Part shown: positions 1 to 7,788 of the stretch, in pieces
Layout: the number at the start of each line of letters is the position of its first letter
How positions within the stretch are numbered: position 1 is the first letter of the stretch
Source: Nanobdellota archaeon
GTDB taxonomy: Archaea > Nanobdellota > Nanobdellia > Woesearchaeales > JAHWHD01
Assembly: GCA_034722435.1 (NCBI GenBank)
Contig: JAYENX010000017.1
Location: 1-16,337, forward strand
Direction of reading: 5' to 3'
DNA: 16,337 bases
Notes under the pieces: generated by a model
The model's input: the letters and a program-made list of their open reading frames with translations, nothing else
Databases searched by the model: none
What the model was told of the DNA's origin: nothing
Program-made: the position numbers and the translations under genes

Positions 1-44
1 AATATACCTTGTGCAAAGTACTTCTATACTACAGTTTCATAAAA

Positions 45-52
45 TATATAAA
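45..52 (+). promoter_or_regulatory. Archaeal TATA box (TATATAAA) for a probable leaderless transcript of 77..781
   Basis: TATATAAA ends 25 nt before the ATG at 77; the same geometry recurs at several other genes in the window. Confidence 0.6.
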
Positions 53-76
53 TCCTGAAACTTATTTTCATATATA

Positions 77-781
77 ATGTTAGAGTTAGTCTATAGTCCG
101 CAATGGTTTTATGGTATTGACATCTTATTTGAATTTATCAACGTTATAGCAGCTCTTCTAATTGCATTTTTTAGTTATAAAATCTATAAATACACCAAAG
201 ATCGGCATTGTTTATATTTCGGATTATCATTTCTAGCAATCTCTTTAGCATTTATTTCTAAAATTCTTACAAACTTTCAAATATATTTTAATGTACTACG
301 ACAATCAAAAGTCATAGACCAGGCATTATTAACTTTAACAACACACAGAAACTTCAGTTTTTTTGTAACAGGATACTTTTTTCATAGAGTTTTTTTTCTT
401 ATGGCTTTAGTAGGAATATTTTTTATAGTTTGTAAATACGATAAAAAATTGCTCATACTTTTTGCATACTTTATTGCAATTATAACTGCTTTTAGTACAT
501 CTGAATATTTTATATTTCATGTCACTACTTCAATCATGCTAGGTTACATTTTCTACCATTACTACTTAAATTACAAATACAATCCAACCAAAAACACATT
601 TTTAGTATCATTTGGATTTTTCCTAATCCTTATAAGTCAGATAATATTTATTAATATTATACTTGGTGTGGAGAGTTATGTTGTTGCACAAATTATTCAA
701 GTGATTGGTTATGTAACTTTACTTTATGCTTACATCAGAATAAATAAAAATGACAAGAAGAACAAAGCTAGACATCATTAA
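77..781 (+). CDS. Polytopic membrane protein (about 7 hydrophobic segments), possible sensor; function unknown
   Basis: Repeated ~20-aa hydrophobic, aromatic-rich stretches with short polar loops; TATA box upstream; overlaps the next gene by 32 nt. Confidence 0.75.
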   Translation: MLELVYSPQWFYGIDILFEFINVIAALLIAFFSYKIYKYTKDRHCLYFGLSFLAISLAFISKILTNFQIYFNVLRQSKVIDQALLTLTTHRNFSFFVTGYFFHRVFFLMALVGIFFIVCKYDKKLLILFAYFIAIITAFSTSEYFIFHVTTSIMLGYIFYHYYLNYKYNPTKNTFLVSFGFFLILISQIIFINIILGVESYVVAQIIQVIGYVTLLYAYIRINKNDKKNKARHH

Positions 782-1022
782 TGATATGTTGGTGTCTATG
801 CGAGAAAAAGGCGGAAAGATTAAACCTACTCATCTTATGTATAAGGCTAATCTTAGCCATAAACTTCTTAATACTTATCTTGATGATCTTGTAAGTAATG
901 AGATGGTTACAGAAATAAAAAGTAAAGAAAATTATACCTATTTAATCATCACAGATAAAGGTCTTGAATTTTTGACAGAGTTTCAAAAGATGAAAGAGTT
1001 CCAGAAGAGTTTCGGGATTTAA
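750..1022 (+). CDS. Archaeal winged-helix transcriptional regulator (COG3432/HTH_45-like)
   Basis: RRTKLDII.DML...KPTHLMYKANLS...YL..L...Y.IT.KG.EFL pattern; 90 aa. Confidence 0.85.
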   Translation: MTRRTKLDIINDMLVSMREKGGKIKPTHLMYKANLSHKLLNTYLDDLVSNEMVTEIKSKENYTYLIITDKGLEFLTEFQKMKEFQKSFGI

Positions 1023-1042
1023 TTCAACATAATTCAATAATC

Positions 1043-1050
1043 TTTATAAA
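1043..1050 (+). promoter_or_regulatory. TATA box (TTTATAAA) for 1074..1796
   Basis: Ends 24 nt before the ATG at 1074. Confidence 0.6.
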
Positions 1051-1073
1051 ACTCTTTAATCATATTCTAAAGT

Positions 1074-1796
1074 ATGATACTCAAAGGATTTGAAATAGTG
1101 GACCTCTCTCTATATCACAAAGAATCTAAAACTTTAATCATCTCAGATATCCATATGGGCTACGAAGAAGCTCTTAATAGGCAAGGTATTTTAATACCTA
1201 GACATCAATACGTTTCTACATTTAAACGTCTAGAATTAATTCTAAACAAAGTAGAAGGTCTTGAAACTATAATAATCAATGGAGACTTAAAACACGAGTT
1301 TGGCAAAATATCGGAAACTGAATGGAGGCATACTTTAAAAATACTCGACCTTCTTTCAAAACACTGTAAAAATATAATTTTAATCAAAGGGAATCATGAC
1401 ACTATTTTAGACCCTATAGCAAAAAAACGTAATTTGGAATTTAAAGAATTCCATACAATTAACGATATTTATATTTGTCATGGTCATGTCATTCCAAACA
1501 ATTCAGAATTCAAAATAGCCAAGATAATCATTATTGGCCATGAACATCCTGCAATTTCTTTAGTTGACAATGCAAGAGTTGAAACCTTCAAATGCTTTCT
1601 TCTAGGAAAATACAAAAAACAATCATTAATAGTTCTACCTTCTTTCAATCTTGTAACAGAAGGCACTAACATTCTTAATGAAGACCTTCTAAGTCCTTTT
1701 TTAAAACAGAATCTAAATAATTTTAATGTATATATAGTCTCGGATAAAGTCTATGATTTTGGCAAAGTCAAGAATCTTATGAAATTAGTTAATTAA
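1074..1796 (+). CDS. Calcineurin-like metallophosphoesterase (COG1407-like)
   Basis: Metal-binding motifs in order: SDIHMG, NGDLKH, GNHD, HGH, GHEHP. Confidence 0.9.
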   Translation: MILKGFEIVDLSLYHKESKTLIISDIHMGYEEALNRQGILIPRHQYVSTFKRLELILNKVEGLETIIINGDLKHEFGKISETEWRHTLKILDLLSKHCKNIILIKGNHDTILDPIAKKRNLEFKEFHTINDIYICHGHVIPNNSEFKIAKIIIIGHEHPAISLVDNARVETFKCFLLGKYKKQSLIVLPSFNLVTEGTNILNEDLLSPFLKQNLNNFNVYIVSDKVYDFGKVKNLMKLVN

Positions 1797-2481
1797 CAAT
1801 CTTAACATTATCAATAAATTTGTTCAATATTTCTTTGAATTCATCTAACTTATATAATGGGTACGGATTAATATTTTTTAAGGATTCATCAATCATATCT
1901 TCTGTACTCCTGAATTGCTGTAAAGTATATGTTTTACACCCTTTAAGCCATTTACCGATTTCTGTTATTTCTTTTTCAGTAATCATTCCAGGAACAACGG
2001 TAGTTCTAAACTCAGAATTAATTCCGCTGGTTTTAATCAACTGAACACTTTCATTTATTCTTTCAATGTTAATATCAACACCTGTAACTCTGTTATATTT
2101 TTCAGGACTTGACTTAATATCCATTGCAATATGATCAACTAACTTTTTATCTATCAACTGTTTAAGAACTTCTGGAAAATATCCGTTAGTATCAATCTTG
2201 ACTAAAAAACCAAGACTTTTTAATCGAGACATAAATTCTATAATTCCTTTATTCATTAAAGGTTCTCCTCCTGTGATACATATTGCAGAAATATTTCTTT
2301 TTCTTTCAATTAAACTTTGGATAACTTTTTCTTCATCAACACTTTCAACTTTATTAAATACTAACAGAGGATTATGACAAAATCCGCACTTAAAATTGCA
2401 CCCTCCTAAAAACAATGTACTGCACATATGTTTAGGATAATCTATCAATGAAGTTTTCTTAACGCCTTTTATTTCAACCAT
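1789..2481 (-). CDS. nrdG: Anaerobic ribonucleoside-triphosphate reductase activating enzyme (radical SAM); start at 2481 preferred, 2499 possible
   Basis: CNFKCGFC (CxxxCxxC), ITGGEP, IDTNG and MDIK motifs; last gene of the nrdD operon. Confidence 0.9.
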   Translation of the reverse strand: MVEIKGVKKTSLIDYPKHMCSTLFLGGCNFKCGFCHNPLLVFNKVESVDEEKVIQSLIERKRNISAICITGGEPLMNKGIIEFMSRLKSLGFLVKIDTNGYFPEVLKQLIDKKLVDHIAMDIKSSPEKYNRVTGVDINIERINESVQLIKTSGINSEFRTTVVPGMITEKEITEIGKWLKGCKTYTLQQFRSTEDMIDESLKNINPYPLYKLDEFKEILNKFIDNVKIVN

Positions 2482-2514
2482 TTTTTCATATAAGAACATA
2501 ATTTAAAATAAAAT

Positions 2515-2745
2515 TTAAATAAATCTTTTAATATTTTCAACAGAGTTTGCTCTTCCTACCTCTTTTTCATCATCAAAAATTATAAACGTGGGAACTCCTG
2601 TGACATTATACTTTCTTGCTTCGTCTAATCCTTCAGGAGTACCTGCATCAACAAACTTGACTTCAATATCGAGACTTTTAACAAAATCCTTAATCTCAGG
2701 ACATTTAGGACAACTTTGTGTTGTAAATAATTTAAATGTTTTCAT
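2515..2745 (-). CDS. Thioredoxin/glutaredoxin-fold redoxin (NrdH-like)
   Basis: CPKC active site, GVPT cis-Pro motif, 76 aa; SD AGGTGA 6 nt before the ATG. Confidence 0.85.
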   Translation of the reverse strand: MKTFKLFTTQSCPKCPEIKDFVKSLDIEVKFVDAGTPEGLDEARKYNVTGVPTFIIFDDEKEVGRANSVENIKRFI

Positions 2746-2757
2746 GAATTTTCACCT

Positions 2758-2943
2758 TTAATTCGCAGGAGCTTGAGTTAAGCATGTTGATTCAGTTTTA
2801 AACTTATCATTACACTTAAACTCATTTTCGCAATAAACCTTTCTTTCAAAAAATTCTTGTTTTTTACCATCATTAAATTGTTGCACTGGTCTGTAATATC
2901 CTACTACTCTTGTAAACACTTCACATTTAATTACCTTTTTCAT
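2758..2943 (-). CDS. Stand-alone glycyl-radical (C-terminal) segment of class III RNR
   Basis: EVFTRVVGYYRPVQQFNDGKKQEFFER matches the NrdD C-terminal RxxGY motif (Gly15, nt 2899-2901); own SD GAGGTGA and ATG 2 nt after the nrdD stop. Confidence 0.85.
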   Translation of the reverse strand: MKKVIKCEVFTRVVGYYRPVQQFNDGKKQEFFERKVYCENEFKCNDKFKTESTCLTQAPAN

Positions 2944-2945
2944 TT

Positions 2946-4973
2946 TTAATTCACCTCTATTTTTTGTTTTACTTCAACACCATATTTGTTAAGATCTTCC
3001 TCGGAATGTTCATGAGGACATTCCCAATGTTCTCCCGATATGTATCCGTGTACCGGACATACACTAAACGTCGGAGTTATTGAAAAGTACGGGAGTCTAT
3101 AATTCTGGCACACTTTCTTAACAAGTTCCCTCGCAGTTTGCCAATCAGATATTCTTTCACCTATAAATCCATGGAGAACAGTTCCCCCTGAGTAAAGCGC
3201 TTGTAATTCATCTTGATGATCTAAAGCTTCAAAAACATCATTAGTATAGTCTACCGGTAAATACGTTGAGTTTGTATAATACGGGACTGAATTAGTTCCT
3301 GCAGTTAGAATATCTGGATAATTCTTTCTGTCGTGCTTTGCAAGCCTATAACTTACTCCTTCGGCAGGCGTAGCTTCTAAATTGTAAATGTGTCCTGTTT
3401 CTTCTTGAATTTCTCCCAATTTATCTCTCATAAATTTAAGAACTTCAACAGCAAACTCTTTACCTTTTTTAGTACCTATATCATTTTCCTTACCTAAAAA
3501 GTTCATGCAGCATTCATTCATACCGTTCAAACCTATTGTAGAAAAATGATGATCCAAATTTGCGAGGTACCGTTTCGTATACGGTAACAACCCTTGTCTC
3601 ATGTTCTTATTAACTTCCTTTCTTTTTATTTCAAGAGATTCCTTTGCAAGATCCATTAATTCTCCCAATCTCTTCAAAAATTCTTCTTTTGTTTTATATT
3701 TATAACCTAACTGCGGCATGTTAATTGTTACAACACCTAGACTTCCAGTCTGTTCTCCTGCACCAAATATCCCTCCCGTTTTCTGTACTAATTCTTTAAC
3801 ATTTAACTGTAACCTGCAACACATACTCCTTACGTCGCCCGGTTTTAAAGAACTATTAACAAAATTTTGAAAGTACGGAATACCAAATTTCGCAGTCATC
3901 TCGAATAACATTTGTGCATTTTCAGAGTCCCAATCAAAATCTTTAGTTATATTGTATGTGGGTATTGGGAACGTAAATATTCTACCATCCGCATCTCCCT
4001 CCATCATTATTTCAAGGAACGCTTTATTGATTAGATCGAGTTCTTTTTGAAACTCTCCATATCCTACATCTAATTCTTTTCCGGCAACAATAACTTTTTG
4101 ATCTTTCATATCTTCGGGTACAACCCAATCAAAAGTTATATTTGTGAACGGTACTTGATTTCCCCATCTGCTTGTTTGGTTAATTCCAAATATGAACTCT
4201 TGCAAACTTTGTTTAACTTCTAAATATGATAATTTATCGTAGTGCACTATTGGTGCAAGATATGTGTCAAAACTTGAAAATGCTTGCGCTCCCGCCCATT
4301 CATTTTGTAGTGTTCCAAAAAAGTTAACTATCTGTCCAAGGGCGGCATTAAAATGTTTTGCAGGTTTTGCAGCAACTCTTCCTGCAACTCCATTAAATCC
4401 TACTTGTAATAACTGTTTTAAAGACCAACCTGCACAATAGCCTGCGAAGGTTCCAATACTTAAATCATGTATGTGGAATTCAGAATTTCTATGTGCTTTT
4501 GCCACGTTTTTAGGATAAATATTTTTTAATGTATATTCGGCAATTATTGCTCCTGAGATATGTGCTTGTAAACCTGAAATGGCATATGAAGTATTACTAT
4601 TTTCTTTCACTCTCCAATCATTTTTTTGAACATAACCATCAACAACTCCCGCTATTCTATCCAGGAATGCTTTTTCATCCCTCATATTATTTCTTTTCTG
4701 TCTGTAAAGTATATATGCTTTAGCAGTTTTTGCATGTTCATTTTTAATAAGAGTTCTCTCTACAATGTCCTGAACTTCTTCAACTGTGGGAATCTCTTTC
4801 ACAAATTTTTGTTCAATTTCATCAATAACTAAATCAGCCAATTTTTCAGAAAGAATTTTATCTTTACCGCCTACAGATTTAGCAGATCTCCATATAGCCT
4901 CGCTTATTTTATCAGGATCAAACTTAACAATATTTCCGTCTCTTTTTTTAATTCGCCTTATAATCTTAATCAC
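2946..4973 (-). CDS. nrdD: Class III (anaerobic) ribonucleotide reductase catalytic subunit with N-terminal ATP-cone, lacking the glycyl-radical C-terminus
   Basis: IKKRDG ATP-cone, HIHDL, QNEWAGAQ, SMCCRL finger loop, NLEATPAEG, YSGGTVLH, CPVHG; GTG start overlaps the nrdR TGA; no RxxGY in this ORF. Confidence 0.95.
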   Translation of the reverse strand: MIKIIRRIKKRDGNIVKFDPDKISEAIWRSAKSVGGKDKILSEKLADLVIDEIEQKFVKEIPTVEEVQDIVERTLIKNEHAKTAKAYILYRQKRNNMRDEKAFLDRIAGVVDGYVQKNDWRVKENSNTSYAISGLQAHISGAIIAEYTLKNIYPKNVAKAHRNSEFHIHDLSIGTFAGYCAGWSLKQLLQVGFNGVAGRVAAKPAKHFNAALGQIVNFFGTLQNEWAGAQAFSSFDTYLAPIVHYDKLSYLEVKQSLQEFIFGINQTSRWGNQVPFTNITFDWVVPEDMKDQKVIVAGKELDVGYGEFQKELDLINKAFLEIMMEGDADGRIFTFPIPTYNITKDFDWDSENAQMLFEMTAKFGIPYFQNFVNSSLKPGDVRSMCCRLQLNVKELVQKTGGIFGAGEQTGSLGVVTINMPQLGYKYKTKEEFLKRLGELMDLAKESLEIKRKEVNKNMRQGLLPYTKRYLANLDHHFSTIGLNGMNECCMNFLGKENDIGTKKGKEFAVEVLKFMRDKLGEIQEETGHIYNLEATPAEGVSYRLAKHDRKNYPDILTAGTNSVPYYTNSTYLPVDYTNDVFEALDHQDELQALYSGGTVLHGFIGERISDWQTARELVKKVCQNYRLPYFSITPTFSVCPVHGYISGEHWECPHEHSEEDLNKYGVEVKQKIEVN

Positions 4974-5422
4974 CTATTTTCTATTTTTCTTATTTCTTCA
5001 GCAAACTCGCTTAAATCTTCAAACGATTTATAGACTGAAGCAAATCTTATGTATGCAACAGCATCTAATTTTTTCAATCTGTTCATTACAAGAGTTCCGA
5101 TATACTTACTTTGTACTTCGGGTGATTCTTTACCTTTAATTTTGAGTTCAACATCGCTTACAAGTTTATCAACTTCTTCTGAATTAACATTTCTTTTCTG
5201 TACGGCCATTAAAACGCCTTTCTTCAATTTTTCTCTATTAAAAGGCTCCCTTTTTCCGCCTATCTTAACTACTGTTAAATCAGCCATCTCAATTCTTTCA
5301 TATGTTGTAAACCTTTTTTCGCACTTAAGACACTCTCTTCGTCTTCTTGTAACTTCGTAATCACTAGTCTCCCTTTTATCTACAACTTTCGTTTCATCCG
5401 ATAAGCAATATGGGCATTTCAT
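4970..5422 (-). CDS. nrdR: Transcriptional repressor NrdR; start corrected to ATG 5422 (MKCPYC)
   Basis: CPYC/CLKC zinc ribbon, RRRREC, RFTTYER, ATP-cone, YIRFASVY. Confidence 0.95.
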   Translation of the reverse strand: MKCPYCLSDETKVVDKRETSDYEVTRRRRECLKCEKRFTTYERIEMADLTVVKIGGKREPFNREKLKKGVLMAVQKRNVNSEEVDKLVSDVELKIKGKESPEVQSKYIGTLVMNRLKKLDAVAYIRFASVYKSFEDLSEFAEEIRKIENR

Positions 5423-5432
5423 TTTCAAGTGA

Positions 5433-5448
5433 TAACAATATGTTGTGG
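5433..5448. promoter_or_regulatory. NrdR box 1
   Basis: taacaatatgttgtgg matches the consensus acaCwAtATaTwGtgt at 12/16. Confidence 0.75.
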
Positions 5449-5463
5449 GTATTTTCAAAAACC

Positions 5464-5479
5464 CCACAATATCTTGTGT
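5464..5479. promoter_or_regulatory. NrdR box 2
   Basis: ccacaatatcttgtgt matches the consensus at 14/16; starts 31 bp from box 1. Confidence 0.85.
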
Positions 5480-5497
5480 TTATTCTTTATTTCTTCC

Positions 5498-5505
5498 TTT
5501 AAATA
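5498..5505 (-). promoter_or_regulatory. TATA box (TATTTAAA) of the nrdR-nrdD operon
   Basis: Minus strand reads cataaaag-TATTTAAA (purine-rich BRE-like plus TATA); predicted start near 5473. Confidence 0.55.
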
Positions 5506-5568
5506 CTTTTATGTTTTGTAGTGTTATAGAAAATAATTAACACCTTAGAAATTAGTATGAAAATAATT

Positions 5569-6423
5569 TTATTTTAAGAATTCAATCACTTGACTAGGGA
5601 TTTCTGCAACCTTTACACCAACTTCATTAAACGCTTTAATCTTAGATTCTGCAGTTCCTGTGTTACCTGAAATAACTGCACCTGCATGACCCATCTTTTT
5701 ACCTTTTGGTGCTGTTCTACCCCCAATATATGCTACTACAGGTTTTGTAACATTAACTTTGATAAATGCGGCGGCTCTTTCTTCCATATCACCGCCTATT
5801 TCTCCAATTAAGACTATTTTTTCCGTATTTTCATCTTTCTCAAACAAATTTAGAGCTTTAATAAAATCAAACCCTATAACTGGGTCTCCTCCTATACCTA
5901 TGGCAGTACTCTGTCCTAAACCCGCTTTAGTAAGATCATTCACAATTTCATAAGTCAGTGTTCCGGATTTAGATACAACTCCAATTTTACCTTTCTTAAA
6001 AATATGCCCGGGCATTATTCCTATTTTACATTCATCTGGAGTTATTAGTCCTGGACAATTAGGACCTATTACGATTTTATTATTTTCTTTAGCAAATTTC
6101 ATCACTTTTATAGCGTCATGTACAGGAATATTTTCCGTGATAATTATAACATTTAAATTATTAGACATTGCCTCAATTGCTGCATCTTTAGCGAATCTTG
6201 CAGGAACAAATAGTACAGAAAAATCAGCCTCATATTCTTTAAGTGCATCTTTAATCGAGTTAAACACGGGGATTCCTTCAACATTTTCTCCAACCTTTCC
6301 TGGAGTAACACCTGCCACAATATTGGTCCCATATTTTTTCATTAAACTTGTATGAAACCTTCCTTGTTTACCTGTTATTCCCTGCACAATAAGTTTTGTA
6401 TCTTTATTGATTAAAATTGACAT
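5569..6423 (-). CDS. sucD: Succinyl-CoA synthetase alpha subunit
   Basis: QGITGKQG CoA-binding motif, IGPNCPG, SKSGTL, GIGGD, MGHAGA phospho-His loop; own TATA-like TTAATAAA at 6446-6453. Confidence 0.95.
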   Translation of the reverse strand: MSILINKDTKLIVQGITGKQGRFHTSLMKKYGTNIVAGVTPGKVGENVEGIPVFNSIKDALKEYEADFSVLFVPARFAKDAAIEAMSNNLNVIIITENIPVHDAIKVMKFAKENNKIVIGPNCPGLITPDECKIGIMPGHIFKKGKIGVVSKSGTLTYEIVNDLTKAGLGQSTAIGIGGDPVIGFDFIKALNLFEKDENTEKIVLIGEIGGDMEERAAAFIKVNVTKPVVAYIGGRTAPKGKKMGHAGAVISGNTGTAESKIKAFNEVGVKVAEIPSQVIEFLK

Positions 6424-6449
6424 AAAATCTGAGAATTCGTAGCTATTTA

Positions 6450-7004
6450 TTAAATTTTGTAATTACTTACAATATCACAAATATTTTCGCTGGACATGGT
6501 TGATTTATGGTGCATATGTCCTTTTATTTGACCCGTTCTTTCAGTTATAGGTCTCATATAAGCAGCACAATCTTTATGCATTCCGTCATTTCCTGACCCT
6601 TTATTAGGTTCATAAAAATCATTAAGACTTTCTCTTAACTTTCCAACACTGAAAGACACATAATCATCTAAAGAAGTTGCATTAACTTCTCCATTAAAAA
6701 GAATAATTCCTTCTTTTTTTTTTTTGTTGAATAAAATATTTAATTCTGAAAACGGAAATGTAACATTATTCATTAAATCTCTCAAATTACTTACTGTACG
6801 TCTCAATTCCTGTATTGAATAACCATTTTTTCTTAACGTTTCGGCAACTTTTAGAAGAACAAGGTCTCCAAATGTATAGAGTCTGTATTTACCTCTCCTT
6901 CTATAGCTAGGTATTATAAATCTACTTTTATCCCAGTATTGAATCTGTCTATATGTAATATCTACAAATTGCCTAACGTCTTTAGGTGTAAAAAATGACT
7001 TCAT
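6450..7004 (-). CDS. MerR-family HTH regulator; start at 7004 preferred over 7010
   Basis: ITYRQIQYWD...P.....GKYRLYTFGDL..LK....LR..G.SI.E; TATTTAAA (7028-7035) is 24 nt from ATG 7004. Confidence 0.85.
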   Translation of the reverse strand: MKSFFTPKDVRQFVDITYRQIQYWDKSRFIIPSYRRRGKYRLYTFGDLVLLKVAETLRKNGYSIQELRRTVSNLRDLMNNVTFPFSELNILFNKKKKEGIILFNGEVNATSLDDYVSFSVGKLRESLNDFYEPNKGSGNDGMHKDCAAYMRPITERTGQIKGHMHHKSTMSSENICDIVSNYKI

Positions 7005-7075
7005 AAGCATATAGAATATATGGCTATTTTAAATAACTTTGTCTTCATAAATATATATGGAGCAAACTATAGCTT

Positions 7076-7630
7076 CTACTTCACTTTACTGGGTTTCCAT
7101 TCTTTTTTAAGTATCCTGTATGTAATTGAATCATAATACTTGCCTTCAATGAACATATGATCCTTAAGAATCGCCTCTTTTTTAGCTCCTAATTTCTTGA
7201 TTGCTTTTTGAGACCTTTTATTTTTACTTAATGTACCTAAGATTATCTTATGCAATTTTAATTTTTTAAATGCATAATTTAACAACAATTTTTTAGATTC
7301 AATATTATAACCTTTCCCCCAATGATTTACACCAAGCCAAGTACCTGTCTCTGCCCTTTTATGTTGCCAATTTATACTGTGAAGATTTATACAACCAATA
7401 ACCTCTTTAGTTTCATTTAGAACTATTGCAAACCTTATCGCGCACGGTTTTTTTTCTCTTCGTCCAACCCACGTTTTCAAAAAGTCCTTTGCATGTTTTT
7501 TCTTGTACGGCCAAGGAAGGCCATAAATCATTTTACAAATTCTGGGATCATTAATATTTCTATAAATGTCGTCAGCATCAGACATTCTATGATTTCTTAA
7601 TGTTATATGTTCTCCTTTCAACACAATCAT
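7076..7630 (-). CDS. GNAT N-acetyltransferase, RimJ/RimL family
   Basis: LR...MSDA..IY, AETGTWL...HWGKGY..E...LL.YAF..L.LHKI, N.RS..A..KLG...E. Confidence 0.9.
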   Translation of the reverse strand: MIVLKGEHITLRNHRMSDADDIYRNINDPRICKMIYGLPWPYKKKHAKDFLKTWVGRREKKPCAIRFAIVLNETKEVIGCINLHSINWQHKRAETGTWLGVNHWGKGYNIESKKLLLNYAFKKLKLHKIILGTLSKNKRSQKAIKKLGAKKEAILKDHMFIEGKYYDSITYRILKKEWKPSKVK

Positions 7631-7688
7631 AAACAGAATTAATATAAATTCAATTTATAAATCCTTTGTCAATTGTATATAATGCCTT

Positions 7689-7759
7689 GGCTGTGTAGCC
7701 CAGTGAACGCGTCATTGATTGTAATATTATGAGGTAACATTTATAATTTATTTAATCCA
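7689..7759 (+). pseudogene. Possible decayed tRNA gene (Thr-TGT or Tyr-GTA-like)
   Basis: tRNA-like 5' end GGCTGTG-TA-GCCC-AG, TTGTAAT at the anticodon-loop position, GAGGT variable loop, TTATAAT at the T-loop position; stems largely do not pair. Confidence 0.3.
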
Positions 7760-7788
7760 AAAAATAAATGTTGTGAACGATAGGCATT

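Noticed and set aside
1021-1037. AATTCAA direct repeat upstream of the metallophosphoesterase TATA box as an operator
   Set aside because: Only 7 bp, two copies, in very AT-rich DNA; compatible with chance
2944-2976. Programmed -1 frameshift or read-through fusing nrdD to the radical peptide
   Set aside because: The peptide frame is open for about 11 codons upstream, but there is no canonical X XXY YYZ heptamer in the nrdD frame, in-frame read-through meets TGA two codons after the stop, and a well-spaced SD explains independent initiation; a sequencing indel is not excluded
2946-4973. Intein or intron in nrdD
   Set aside because: Motifs are collinear at normal length, with no splice-junction or LAGLIDADG signature
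5423-5467. 15-aa N-terminal extension of NrdR from GTG 5467
   Set aside because: NrdR proteins begin at MxCPxC, and the extension runs through the NrdR boxes
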